A stretch of 64,000 bases of DNA, from positions 1 to 64,000 of the forward strand of contig JBDHZC010000005.1 of NCBI GenBank assembly GCA_039811685.1. The letters are read 5' to 3'. Every line of letters begins with the position of its first letter. Within the stretch, counting starts at the first letter, position 1. The position numbers and the translations under genes were made by a program. This document shows, piece by piece, positions 37,108-46,927 of the stretch. The notes under the pieces were generated by a model. That model worked only from the letters and a program-made list of their open reading frames with translations. It was not told the DNA's origin and did not search any database. The stretch comes from Armatimonadota bacterium (GTDB lineage: Bacteria > Armatimonadota > UBA5829 > DSUL01).

Positions 37108-37842
37108 ATGAGGATAGTTCTCGGAGTCTGGATGGTGATGGTTATCATCGGGGCGTTTCTGTTGACGCCCGCGATGCAGGGGCTCGGTGAAGCGGGCCGC
37201 ATTCTCTACTTTCACGTCCCCTGCGCGTGGGTCAGCACGGTGGCGTATCTGGTGGCGGCGTACGGGGGGGTGCGCTATCTGGCGACTCGCAACCTGGATT
37301 TCGACCGTCAGTCCGCTGCAGCAGCTCAGATTGGGCTCTTGTTCACTGTGCTTGCGACTGCCAGCGGCGCGGTCTGGGCGCAGATCGCGTGGGGAAAGTG
37401 GTGGAACTGGGACCCGCGCCAGACGTTCATTGCAATGGTGATGCTGTTGTACGGGGCTTACTTCGCGCTGAGGCTGTCAATTGATCAGATTGATCAGAGG
37501 GCTGTTGTTTCTTCCGCCTATGTGACTTTTGCGCTGGTTGCTGCCGTCTTTCTTATGTTCATTGCCATTCGTCTGCCGCACACCAGCACTTTGCACCCTT
37601 CGCCAGTGCTTCCGACACAGGCTGACCAGGACGAGGATTCGCCAAGCCTGAAGGGTGGAATGGAGCCGGACATGCGCATCGTCCTGATGTCGTCTCTGGC
37701 TGGCTTTACCGGCCTGGCGTACTGGATGTGGCGCGTACAGGTGAGGGTGGATCGTCTGGCGGCTGATCTGGCGCCGGCGCAGGAAGCGGCGTCACTGGAG
37801 GGCGCGACCACGGCTCATCCGGCGTCTGGCGCAGATGCGTAA
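37108..37842 (+). CDS. ccmC: Cytochrome c biogenesis protein CcmC
   Basis: 'YFHVP', WWD motif 'WGKWWNWDPR', 'LHP'. Confidence 0.92.
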   Translation: MRIVLGVWMVMVIIGAFLLTPAMQGLGEAGRILYFHVPCAWVSTVAYLVAAYGGVRYLATRNLDFDRQSAAAAQIGLLFTVLATASGAVWAQIAWGKWWNWDPRQTFIAMVMLLYGAYFALRLSIDQIDQRAVVSSAYVTFALVAAVFLMFIAIRLPHTSTLHPSPVLPTQADQDEDSPSLKGGMEPDMRIVLMSSLAGFTGLAYWMWRVQVRVDRLAADLAPAQEAASLEGATTAHPASGADA

Positions 37843-37943
37843 ATCCCTGCCGGGGGAGGCTGAGCGACTCACGGCCGCTTGCAGGTTCGGTTCTGAAGTA
37901 TCATAACAGAAGCTGAAGGCGAGCAAGAGAGAGTACAATACGT

Positions 37944-38054
37944 ATGAGCAACGTCACAGGACTGTGTATAGCTACGTTACTGATCTGGGGTGGGATCTTC
38001 GCCTATCTCTGGAGTATTGAGCGCAGACTGTCACGGATAGAGAAGAAGAAATGA
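37944..38054 (+). CDS. ccmD: CcmD family small membrane protein (not in the ORF track)
   Basis: MSNVTGLCIATLLIWGGIFAYLWSIERRLSRIEKKK*; TM helix plus basic tail; ATGA overlap with ccmE. Confidence 0.8.
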   Translation: MSNVTGLCIATLLIWGGIFAYLWSIERRLSRIEKKK

Positions 38055-38437
38055 AGCGAGCTTATTTTGTCGGAGTCATTCTGATGGTTGCGTTTGCAGC
38101 GCTGGGCGCCACGCAGTTTCGCAGCACCGTTCGAACCTACGTGAGCTTCCAGGAGGCGCGGTCGCTTGGACGGGCCGTCCAGGTGAAGGGCGCCATCGAC
38201 AAGGCTTCCGTGCATCTGGACAAGGCGCACAGCAATCTGAACTTCGACATCACCGATCCAAAGGGCGATCGCCTGGCGGTGGTCTATCGAGGAACCGTCC
38301 CCGGCAATTTTGACCAGGCCTCGCACGTCGTTGTAATCGGTCAGTATCACGACAAAATCTTTCAGGCTTCTGATCTGCTGATCAAGTGTCCGTCCAAGTA
38401 CCAGGGACAGACTGAAGGCGGGCACGCAGGCTCATGA
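38051..38437 (+). CDS. ccmE: Heme chaperone CcmE (CxxxY type)
   Basis: N-terminal TM helix, 'VVYRGTVPGNF', 'KCPSKY'. Confidence 0.9.
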   Translation: MKRAYFVGVILMVAFAALGATQFRSTVRTYVSFQEARSLGRAVQVKGAIDKASVHLDKAHSNLNFDITDPKGDRLAVVYRGTVPGNFDQASHVVVIGQYHDKIFQASDLLIKCPSKYQGQTEGGHAGS

Positions 38438-40743
38438 ATCTCGGCTATTCGCTTATTGTCGTTGCGCTTGTCGGCTCTCTGGCGTCCTTTCTCTGTTACG
38501 TGATAGTGAGCCTGGGGCAGGAGCGGCTGCGCATGTTGGCGCGGCAGTTCTACGTCGCCTCATCCATCTCCGTTATCGCCATCAGCGCTGTTTTGATGCG
38601 CTTTATGGTCACTGACCGCTTTGACATCCGCTATGTCTATGAGTACAGCGCTAAGGCGCAGCCGACGCTGTTCAAGTACTCCGGATTCTGGGGTGGCCAG
38701 GAGGGAAGCTGGCTGCTGTGGCTCACGTGGATTGCCATCGTCGGTCTTTTTCTTTTCGGCCGGGCCAGACATTTTGAAGCTCCAGCAATGGCGTTCTGGA
38801 GCAGCCTGCAGGTTTTCTTTCTCATCATACTGATTCAGCGAAACCCGTTTCAGTCCTCTGTGGCTCCCGGCACACCTTTTCCGACAGATGGCAGCGGCCT
38901 GACCCCTCTACTCCAGAACTACTGGATGGCTATTCACCCCCCGATTCTCTTCTGCGGGTTTACGCTGATGAGCGTGCCTGCCGCCTTCGCCATTGCTGCG
39001 CTGATCAAGAAAGATTTCGCCAGTTGGACCCGCATGGTGATGGGGTGGACTCTGCTTGGCTGGACAGTGCTGGGCACGGGAATACTCATTGGCGGTTTCT
39101 GGGCTTATGAGACGCTTGGGTGGGGCGGCTGGTGGGGTTGGGACCCCGTCGAGAACGCCTCGCTGGTTCCGTGGCTGGTGGGCGGCGCGCTGGTTCACAG
39201 TCTGGTGCTGGAGCGTGTCCGCAACACATGGAAAACGCTGAATCTTTCGCTTGCTGTAGCCATCTTCATTCTGGTCATCTATGCCACCTTCCTGACGCGA
39301 AGCGGCGTGCTCGGTGACTTCAGCGTCCACAGCTTTGCCTCCCTTGGCAACAACAACTGGCTTGTGGGCTTTATGCTGGGTTATGCGCTTCTGGGCATCG
39401 GGTTGATTGGCTACCGCGCCTTTACGGGAAGTATTCGCGAAGCCTCCGCCAGTGAGTCAATCTCCACAAAAGAGTTTCTGGTTTTTCTGGGTGTGGTGTG
39501 CTTTGGACTGCTGGGTATTCTCGTGGCGGTGGGTATGTCCAGCCCCATTCTCTCGAAATGGGTGACGGGGCAGGCTGGCAATGTTCCAACAGACTACTAC
39601 TACCGGGTAACCGCTCCGGTTGCGTTGTTGATGCTGGGGCTTGTCGGTTTCTCTCCACTCTACAGTTGGGCGCGTGACAGGGGCGTTCCATCAGAGGCTC
39701 GAAAGCTGGCTGTCTCTTTGAGCGCAGGTCTGGGGGTGACTATCGCAATCGCTCTGCTCGCGTGGCGCTGGCGCGGGATAGAGGTTGGAGCGCGCACGGC
39801 AATCGGCGGCTTCGCGATCTGCATTCTTCTCCCGGGTGTGTGGGCTCTGATTGACACCGTCCGCCGCAAGGGGTTGCTGAGATCGGGTGGCTACATTGCG
39901 CATGTCGGGCTGTCAGTTTTCTTTCTTGGCATGATAGCAGCCACCCACAACAACCGCGCTGAGCCGCAGAGGTTGACTCTTACTGAGGGCAAGCCTGTGC
40001 AGATGCTTGGTATGTCGTGGACTTTTGCCGGGCTTGGGGAAACAGACGCCGCCGGTAAAGAGCCGTTTCGCATTCTTGTGGAGAAGCCAAATGGCGATAT
40101 GTTTCTGGCGACTCCCGTAATGCAGGCGATACGCGATGGGGAGATGCGTCATCCCTACATCCGCAGGTCTGTGGCCGGAGATCTGTACATTGCGCCGGTG
40201 CAGGTTTCCGTCACCAATCCTGCGCCCCACGCTATTGTGGGGATGAAAAAACCTGAGAAGGTTGGTGACTACTCGGTCAAGTTCCTCGGTTTCACTGGCA
40301 TGGAGATGCGGGAGGACGGAGTCACCGCTGGCGCCCGCCTGCAGATCACAGATCCGCGTGGCAAGACAAGTGTGGTTGTCCCGGTTGTGCATCAGACTGA
40401 GGGCGGAATGAAGTACGATGCCGCTCCGATCCCGGGAAGCAAGCTAAGCATGCTGGTGACGGACCTCAGCGTGGAGACGCAGGAAGTGCGGGCTATGCTT
40501 GATGGGCCGGCCTACCGCAAGAATATGGCTCTGAATGCGACGATAGAAGTAACCTACAAGCCCATCGTCTGGAGTCTGTGGCTTGGGGTTATGATCATCG
40601 CTTTTGGCGGCGGACTCAGCGCCGCGCGCCGCATCCGCGAGGCTCGACAAGCTGCCGAACCGCTGCCGCAGCGCACACCTGTCTCGCAGCGCGTGTCAAC
40701 GCCGTCTGCGAAAGCTGGCGAGCCTCTGCCTGAAAGGGGCTAA
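38434..40743 (+). CDS. ccmF: Cytochrome c heme lyase CcmF
   Basis: 'WGGQEGS', 'LLQNYWMAIHPP', 'WGGWWGWDPVEN', 'TRSGVL..SVHSF'. Confidence 0.93.
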   Translation: MNLGYSLIVVALVGSLASFLCYVIVSLGQERLRMLARQFYVASSISVIAISAVLMRFMVTDRFDIRYVYEYSAKAQPTLFKYSGFWGGQEGSWLLWLTWIAIVGLFLFGRARHFEAPAMAFWSSLQVFFLIILIQRNPFQSSVAPGTPFPTDGSGLTPLLQNYWMAIHPPILFCGFTLMSVPAAFAIAALIKKDFASWTRMVMGWTLLGWTVLGTGILIGGFWAYETLGWGGWWGWDPVENASLVPWLVGGALVHSLVLERVRNTWKTLNLSLAVAIFILVIYATFLTRSGVLGDFSVHSFASLGNNNWLVGFMLGYALLGIGLIGYRAFTGSIREASASESISTKEFLVFLGVVCFGLLGILVAVGMSSPILSKWVTGQAGNVPTDYYYRVTAPVALLMLGLVGFSPLYSWARDRGVPSEARKLAVSLSAGLGVTIAIALLAWRWRGIEVGARTAIGGFAICILLPGVWALIDTVRRKGLLRSGGYIAHVGLSVFFLGMIAATHNNRAEPQRLTLTEGKPVQMLGMSWTFAGLGETDAAGKEPFRILVEKPNGDMFLATPVMQAIRDGEMRHPYIRRSVAGDLYIAPVQVSVTNPAPHAIVGMKKPEKVGDYSVKFLGFTGMEMREDGVTAGARLQITDPRGKTSVVVPVVHQTEGGMKYDAAPIPGSKLSMLVTDLSVETQEVRAMLDGPAYRKNMALNATIEVTYKPIVWSLWLGVMIIAFGGGLSAARRIREARQAAEPLPQRTPVSQRVSTPSAKAGEPLPERG

Positions 40744-40808
40744 GCCGGGCAGGCGCAATCTGGTCACAGCGGTGGCGCCTGATGCGAAACCCAAGAAGTG
40801 AGCCGCGT

Positions 40809-42443
40809 ATGACCACTATGAAAACAATTGACTGCGAGTTTCTTGTCATCGGTTCAGGAATCGCCGGGCTGACTTTTGCTCTGAAAGTGGCCGACCACGG
40901 ACGCGTGGTGCTGGTGACAAAGAAAAACGACACGGAGTCTAACACCAACTACGCTCAGGGCGGGATTGCGGCTGTACTGGGCACAGATGACACCTTCGCT
41001 TACCACGTCAACGATACCCTCAAGGCTGGAGCGGGGCTGTGCCACAAGGACGTCGTAGAGATTCTGGTTGAAGAGGGTCCGTCCCGCGTCCATGAGCTTA
41101 TGGACATGGGCGTGCGCTTCACGGAACAGATGGAGAACGAAGGCAGCGGGCTGTCGCTGGGGCGGGAGGGCGGACACTCGCGCAGGCGCATTGTGCGGGC
41201 AGCCGATCTGACCGGGCGTGAAGTGGAGCGCGCGCTGGTCTATCAGGCGAAGCGCCGTGAAAACATCCGCGTCTTTGAAAACGACATGGCCATGGAGTTG
41301 TTGACCAGTCGCGGTGAGAACGGGCACAAACCCGTCAACATCGGCGCGCACGTCTTCGACACCGAAACCGGAGACACCTACACGGTGCGCTCCAGGATCA
41401 CACTTTTGTCCAGTGGTGGGCTTGGCCGGGCGTATCTTCGCACCACTAACCCTGATATCGCCACAGGGGACGGAGTCGCGCTGGCATACTGGCTTGGGGC
41501 GCGTATCGGGAACATGGAGTTCATTCAGTTCCACCCCACCTCTCTTTACCACGACAAGGCTGATGCGTTTCTCATCTCGGAAGCTGTTCGGGGAGAGGGC
41601 GCCGTTTTACGGCTGAAAAACGGCGAAACCTTTATGGAGAACTACCACGAGATGGGCTGCCTGGCTCCACGGGACGTCGTGGCCCGCGCTATAGACTCGG
41701 AGCTGAAGAACTCCGGCGACGAGTGTGTCTATCTGGATGTCACGGGTGTGGGTGAAGAACAGATCAAACGCCTGTTTCCCAACATTTACGAGCGCTGCCT
41801 CTCCTACGGCATTGACATTACGAAGGACTGGATACCCACTGTGCCGGCGGCCCATTACGCGTGCGGCGGCGTGGTGACAGACAGCTGGGGGCGCACGGAT
41901 ATTGAGAATCTGTATGCTGCGGGTGAGGTGGCGTGCACTTTTGTCCACGGAGCCAACCGTCTCGCAAGCAATTCCTTGTTGGAGGCGCTCGTTTTCAGCT
42001 ATCGCGCCGCTGACGATGCGATTGAGGCCATCAAGTCCGTCGAGATGCCCCCAGACGTGCCGGAGTTCCCTGCGCACGTCCACACAAAACCTGTGCCCGT
42101 TGAGCTGGTCAAGGAGTTGACGCTTCGGCTGCGCACAATACTCTGGCTGTATGCCGGGATTGTCCGCTCGACGGAGCGGTTGACAACTGCGCTGGGTGAG
42201 ATCAACGAGATATCTGATGAGATGGAGGCACTGTGGAGTGAGGGAAAGCTGTCCCGTGGGCTTCTGGAGCTGCGGACGCTGACCACGGTGGCGAAGCTGA
42301 TTGTGGAGTCCGCTCTGTCACGCCACGAAAGCCGGGGGCTGCACTACACGCTGGACTATCTGGAGCGCGACGACCAGAACTGGCTGCACGACACAATTAT
42401 CCACCACGCGCCAAGAGTGCCGGAACCCGTTTCCACAAACTGA
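40809..42443 (+). CDS. nadB: L-aspartate oxidase
   Basis: 'GSGIAGL', 'YAQGGIA', 'EGGHSRRR', 'QFHPT', 'HGANRLASNSLLE', 'ESRGLH'. Confidence 0.95.
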   Translation: MTTMKTIDCEFLVIGSGIAGLTFALKVADHGRVVLVTKKNDTESNTNYAQGGIAAVLGTDDTFAYHVNDTLKAGAGLCHKDVVEILVEEGPSRVHELMDMGVRFTEQMENEGSGLSLGREGGHSRRRIVRAADLTGREVERALVYQAKRRENIRVFENDMAMELLTSRGENGHKPVNIGAHVFDTETGDTYTVRSRITLLSSGGLGRAYLRTTNPDIATGDGVALAYWLGARIGNMEFIQFHPTSLYHDKADAFLISEAVRGEGAVLRLKNGETFMENYHEMGCLAPRDVVARAIDSELKNSGDECVYLDVTGVGEEQIKRLFPNIYERCLSYGIDITKDWIPTVPAAHYACGGVVTDSWGRTDIENLYAAGEVACTFVHGANRLASNSLLEALVFSYRAADDAIEAIKSVEMPPDVPEFPAHVHTKPVPVELVKELTLRLRTILWLYAGIVRSTERLTTALGEINEISDEMEALWSEGKLSRGLLELRTLTTVAKLIVESALSRHESRGLHYTLDYLERDDQNWLHDTIIHHAPRVPEPVSTN

Positions 42444-42448
42444 TGCGC

Positions 42449-43321
42449 TCAGCGCAGACTTCGCTGGAGAGCAGTTCGCGCAAGCGCTTCGTAGTCGCCA
42501 ACAGACAGCTCCTCTGCCCGGCTTCCGGGCGAGATACCCGCTTCACTGATAAGCAGCGTCGTCTCGCCTCTGGGCATGTCCAGACCGTGTGACAGCGTGT
42601 TGAGAAGCGTTTTGCGCCGTTGACCGAACGCCGCGCGAAGGACCCGGAAGAACCAGCGTTCCTCTTCTTCAGATAGCGCCTGCTCTTTTGGCGTGAGTGC
42701 GAGAACAGCGGAGTCAACGTCCGGAACAGGCACAAAGAGGTGTCTGGAGACGTTGAAGGCTATTGAAGCGTCGCAGTGGTAGCTGCAGAAGACGCTCAGG
42801 CTGGAGTAGCTGGAGGCGCCAGGTTGCGCCGTAATGCGAAGCGCAACTTCCTTTTGCACCAGAAGCGTGATCCCTGCCAGCCGGCGCTTGTGCGCAAGGA
42901 GTTTTTCGATAATCGGTGTTGTGATGCTGTAGGGGATGTTGGCCACGATCTGCACCGGTGCATCGATGCTCTCCAGCAGCGCGGGCAGGTCCACTTTCAG
43001 AAAATCCGCGTGAACAATGTGCACCCTCTCGTTGCCTGTGTACTGGCGGCGCAGGACTTCAACCAGCCTGCCATCCACTTCAACAGCCGTCAGGCTTACT
43101 GCAACTGAGCTCAAAGCGGCTGTAAGCGCGCCAAGCCCCGGGCCGATTTCCAGGCAGCTCTGATCCTGCTTGAGTCCGCTCACGCTGACGATTCGGCTGG
43201 CCGTGCCCTGGTCCATCAGAAAGCTCTGTCCCAGTCTCTTGCTCGGGTGGAAGCTCTCGTCGCGCAGGAAGCGTTTGACGGAAGTTGGGCTGGTGGGGTT
43301 GAACTCACTCACGCAGGCCAT
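42449..43321 (-). CDS. rsmA: 16S rRNA adenine dimethyltransferase
   Basis: 'KRLGQSF', 'EIGPGLG', 'ANIPYSIT', 'QKEVA', 'FGQRRKTL'; start position approximate. Confidence 0.93.
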   Translation of the reverse strand: MACVSEFNPTSPTSVKRFLRDESFHPSKRLGQSFLMDQGTASRIVSVSGLKQDQSCLEIGPGLGALTAALSSVAVSLTAVEVDGRLVEVLRRQYTGNERVHIVHADFLKVDLPALLESIDAPVQIVANIPYSITTPIIEKLLAHKRRLAGITLLVQKEVALRITAQPGASSYSSLSVFCSYHCDASIAFNVSRHLFVPVPDVDSAVLALTPKEQALSEEEERWFFRVLRAAFGQRRKTLLNTLSHGLDMPRGETTLLISEAGISPGSRAEELSVGDYEALARTALQRSLR

Positions 43322-43461
43322 TATAGCTGCTTGCGAGGGGTGAAAGGGTGCGCCGGAGTGAGTTCCGGGGGTGGAAAGGCGTGATAGACGCTTAGCGCCC
43401 GGTGCGCGGAGATTGCTGAGGGGCAGAGAGACCCTCTTCGTTGAGAGCCCCACGCGTTACA

Positions 43462-44298
43462 TCAGTTCAAAACGTGGACGACCACTTTTTTTCGTCCAAA
43501 GCGGCGCGCCGCCGCGTACGTGTTGTGACCCAGGTCAATTCGATGACCTTTGATGGCCCCTCCGGTATCTCCGGCCACAGCGAACCCGTAGCCTTCAATA
43601 TAGAGGCGCGATCCGAGCTTGATGACGCGTGGGTCAACAGCTACAACTCCTCGCCCCGCCTGCATGCCGATTGCCGTACGGCCACCGCCCGACCCTCCGC
43701 AGTTCCTGGGGTCGTAGGCCGTCGCCGTCATAGTCATCACTTTGCGGCTGACAAAGCCACGTGACGGCAGCGACGAGCCCTGTCCGTAAGCGATCACCCG
43801 GGGAGTCATTTTCCGGATAGTCTCCGATCCCACCAGTTTCTTTACAATCTTCTTGCCGTCAGCGTAGGTGACGTCGTAGATATCTCTGCGCAGACCCGCT
43901 TCACCTTTCACGGCCACTACGGACGCGCCGCGACGAAGGTTGTCACTTGCTCTGCGAATGGTGGTTGGCGGCACCTGACATTCGACAGGCACACGCTTTG
44001 TGGAGATCCGGATAATGCGCGCTTGAAGCCCATTGACAACCGGGCTTGAGGGATTAGGAACAATTTTGTCATCGCTACCCACCGCGATGCCGGCCTGAGC
44101 GATAGCCTCGCCCACCGTCGTCATCTGTGTCACGATGATCTGCCTGCTTCCGTCCACAAATACTGTGAACTGCCTGTCAGGCTTTTCTGAATGCTGCGCA
44201 GCCGCCTGCGACTGCACCTCTACACCTCGCACAACAGCTAGACTCACCAGAATCCAGCCTGCGGCGAGAAGGCCACGATGTATGCTTGTTCGCACCAT
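43462..44298 (-). CDS. DUF348 + G5 + 3D domain cell-wall protein (YabE-like)
   Basis: 'TTVGEAI..GI.VGSDD', G5 'GEAGLR', 3D 'ATAY', 'VAVDP', 'DTGGAIKGHRID'. Confidence 0.9.
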   Translation of the reverse strand: MVRTSIHRGLLAAGWILVSLAVVRGVEVQSQAAAQHSEKPDRQFTVFVDGSRQIIVTQMTTVGEAIAQAGIAVGSDDKIVPNPSSPVVNGLQARIIRISTKRVPVECQVPPTTIRRASDNLRRGASVVAVKGEAGLRRDIYDVTYADGKKIVKKLVGSETIRKMTPRVIAYGQGSSLPSRGFVSRKVMTMTATAYDPRNCGGSGGGRTAIGMQAGRGVVAVDPRVIKLGSRLYIEGYGFAVAGDTGGAIKGHRIDLGHNTYAAARRFGRKKVVVHVLN

Positions 44299-44425
44299 GA
44301 ACAGCCCACCTCCTCTTAGTCTGGGATTGCCGGGCCCGGCGCACGCACAAGTCTCCCTAAGGGCGTATGTTCAAGAAAGTACGGGAAACAAGAAACAATG
44401 AGGCGAATAGAAGAAGCTCACCTTG

Positions 44426-44517
44426 CCGGTCGGCGTGGGTTCAGTTGTGGTTGCATAGCGGATGCTACCATAAGCCTTTCGAATCCGCCACTTCCAGGGC
44501 GGCCACTCGGCCACCGG
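44426..44517 (-). promoter_or_regulatory. Candidate structured 5' leader RNA of the 3D-domain/rsmA genes
   Basis: Begins ~6 nt after TATAAC (44523-44528); outer stem ccggtggc/gccgaccgg enclosing two hairpins. Confidence 0.4.
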
Positions 44518-44733
44518 AGTTAGTTATACCCTTTATCGCAATGAATCTACCAGTACAAATATCAGGTGGCAGTTTTCACCTGCCACGCTTGAAAATATGA
44601 CTGTACTAAGGCTTTAGTGTGAATTAATGTGAGCAAGGCTTGGTCTTCTCGAATGTTCAGAGTTTTTCTGGATATTTTCTCGCACTCTGCTTTCCAGATG
44701 ACGCGCCCAAGGCCTTGAGTCCACTGGCTGAGA

Positions 44734-44759
44734 AAGCCTGCCGCGTGCGCGGCAGGCTT
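44734..44759 (-). terminator. Probable terminator hairpin
   Basis: aagcctgccgcg-N2-cgcggcaggctt downstream of 44847..45287. Confidence 0.5.
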
Positions 44760-44846
44760 GAGTTTCTGTTGTTTCGCCTTCTACGCGCAGGACCGTCGTC
44801 TCTGCGCCCGAAGCTGTTGTGATTCAGTGTCAGAGACACCCTTCAC

Positions 44847-45287
44847 TCACTTTGCGCCTGGGGCGCTCTTGGCTCGCTTGGAGTGATGCTCTTCTCGCTC
44901 GGAGCGATCCTTCTCGGATCGGGAGTGCTTCACGCACTCCCGCAGCGCTTTCTGCTGGTCTTTGGTGAGGATCTTGTCCATTGCGGCTTTGTGCTCTTTG
45001 TCCAGCTTTCTCAGCTCGCTTTTCTTTTCGCGTTTGGACTTGTTGGACTGGAGAATAGCCTGGCGCTTGGTTGCGGTGTCACTGTTGAGGCTGTCGATGT
45101 CTGCCTTCTGCTTTGCATTCAAACCAATCTTATCCAGGCAGGACTCGATGGCTTCGTTTTTCCTCTCCGCTTTGGCAGAGACTCCCGGCTGGGAGGGCGC
45201 TTTCTCCGCGCGCGCCGCTGGCGCGGCAACGACGGCGATGGCCAGGGCCGGCAGCAGCCCTAGCAGCAATCCATGAACTCTGTGCAT
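44847..45287 (-). CDS. Secreted basic helical protein (Spy/CpxP LTxxQ-like)
   Basis: Signal peptide ending ARA; 'LNAKQK' and 'ILTKDQ' motifs. Confidence 0.65.
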   Translation of the reverse strand: MHRVHGLLLGLLPALAIAVVAAPAARAEKAPSQPGVSAKAERKNEAIESCLDKIGLNAKQKADIDSLNSDTATKRQAILQSNKSKREKKSELRKLDKEHKAAMDKILTKDQQKALRECVKHSRSEKDRSEREEHHSKRAKSAPGAK

Positions 45288-45564
45288 TAGATGTCCTCCG
45301 ATGATCTGGTGTTGATTTCAGAATCTTCCGTCTTGGATCGCGGTTGCCACCGCGTCCCTAACACAAAGCGATGCTACAGAGTCATAAAGTTCCGCAGATG
45401 GCAGTGAAGTGCCGGGAAAGTGTTCGGCGCGCCTGCGGGTGAGGGGCCCGCATGGAGCCCCTCAGCAGGCCGCCGAGCGGAACTCCTGGTGAAACACGTG
45501 CGTTTCAACGTCCGGGTAATAGCTCTACATGAGCAGTACGCACACCTGAGTAGAGGAGACAATT

Positions 45565-45954
45565 ATGAGACCAGTAGATCCGGGCAAAGCCAGGGAGTAC
45601 TTCGAGGCCAAAATGGCGTTTTCGACAGGGCCAATCGAAACGGAGCGGATGATCCGGCTTGGAGAAGACATAAACATCGTTGATGTGCGGGCGTCTGAGG
45701 ACTATCAGGAGGGGCATATCCCAGGGGCGAAGAGCCTGCCGCAGGACCGGTGGGACAGCTTTGAGGGGCTGTCTAAAGACAAGACCAACCTTCTGTATTG
45801 CTACTCGCAAGTCTGTCATCTGGCCGCAAAAGCCGCCGTGCACTTTGCCGCGGCCGGCTACCCTGTGATGGAGCTGGACGGCGGCATGCGAAGCTGGCGA
45901 GAGCACAATCTGGACGTGGAGACATCACGGGAAAAGGTTGGCGCCGCCGGATAG
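45565..45954 (+). CDS. Rhodanese-like domain protein
   Basis: 'IVDVR', 'GHIPGA', 'YCY', 'LDGGM..W'. Confidence 0.9.
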   Translation: MRPVDPGKAREYFEAKMAFSTGPIETERMIRLGEDINIVDVRASEDYQEGHIPGAKSLPQDRWDSFEGLSKDKTNLLYCYSQVCHLAAKAAVHFAAAGYPVMELDGGMRSWREHNLDVETSREKVGAAG

Positions 45955-46042
45955 ACTCAGCGCATCAGCAGTCAATTTTGCGAGCCCTGTCACTTTGGCG
46001 GGGCTCATTCGTTTCTGGATAGAGGAGACTCAGCGCAACGCC

Positions 46043-46738
46043 ATGATACAGATCAGACGCTCTGAAGAGAGGGGTCATGCCGACCACGGATGGCTGGACA
46101 CCTATCACACTTTTTCCTTCGCCAGGTATTTCGATCCGGAGCATATGGGCTTTCGGTCGCTTCGTGTCATAAACGAGGACGTCATCGCGCCCGGGAAGGG
46201 CTTTGGAACTCATCCGCACCAGGATATGGAGATCCTGACGTATGTGCTGGAAGGCGCGTTGGAGCACCGGGACAGTATGGGCTCGCGCTCGGTCATCAGG
46301 CCTGGCCGGATTCAAAAGATGAGCGCGGGTTCAGGCGTGCAGCACAGCGAATACAACGCCAGCGACTCCGAGCCGGTCCACCTCCTGCAAATCTGGATTG
46401 AGCCGCAGCGCCTGGGAATCGAGCCGCAGTACCGCGAGCGCGACATTGACCTCCCACAGGGCAGCGGTTTGCAGCTTCTGGCTGCGAACAACCCTTCGGA
46501 TGGCGCAATCGAGCTGCATCAGGATGCCTCAGTGTACGTCGGGCGCGTGGAGGCGGGCGAAGAGCTTACGCACGAGGTTGACCCTCACTGCGGGATCTGG
46601 CTTCAAATGATCAGCGGAAGGCTGAAGGTCAACGCAGAAGACCTGGAGACCGGTGATGGCGCCGCCATCACACAAGAATCGAAGCTGACGCTGGATGCCA
46701 TTGAGACCTCGAATTTCCTGCTCTTCGACCTTGCCTGA
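46043..46738 (+). CDS. Pirin family protein (YhhW-like)
   Basis: 'HGWL..HTFSF', 'GFGTHPH.DMEI', 'MSAGSGV.HSE', 'LQIWI', 'LLFDL'. Confidence 0.92.
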   Translation: MIQIRRSEERGHADHGWLDTYHTFSFARYFDPEHMGFRSLRVINEDVIAPGKGFGTHPHQDMEILTYVLEGALEHRDSMGSRSVIRPGRIQKMSAGSGVQHSEYNASDSEPVHLLQIWIEPQRLGIEPQYRERDIDLPQGSGLQLLAANNPSDGAIELHQDASVYVGRVEAGEELTHEVDPHCGIWLQMISGRLKVNAEDLETGDGAAITQESKLTLDAIETSNFLLFDLA

Positions 46739-46927
46739 GGCTTGAAAGCTCACGACAGCTCTTTCGGTCGTCCTAGGCTTGGCGCTCGATCCCTGAGCGG
46801 ATTTGCAGAAGCCTCGCCAACTGATTCTCACGGTGTAAAAGACCAGCGATGCTTGGTCAGACCCAGTGTCTCGTGGTATTTGGAAGCGCAACCTGCGACT
46901 TTACTGCGAAGTGTAGGGCCTTAGTGT

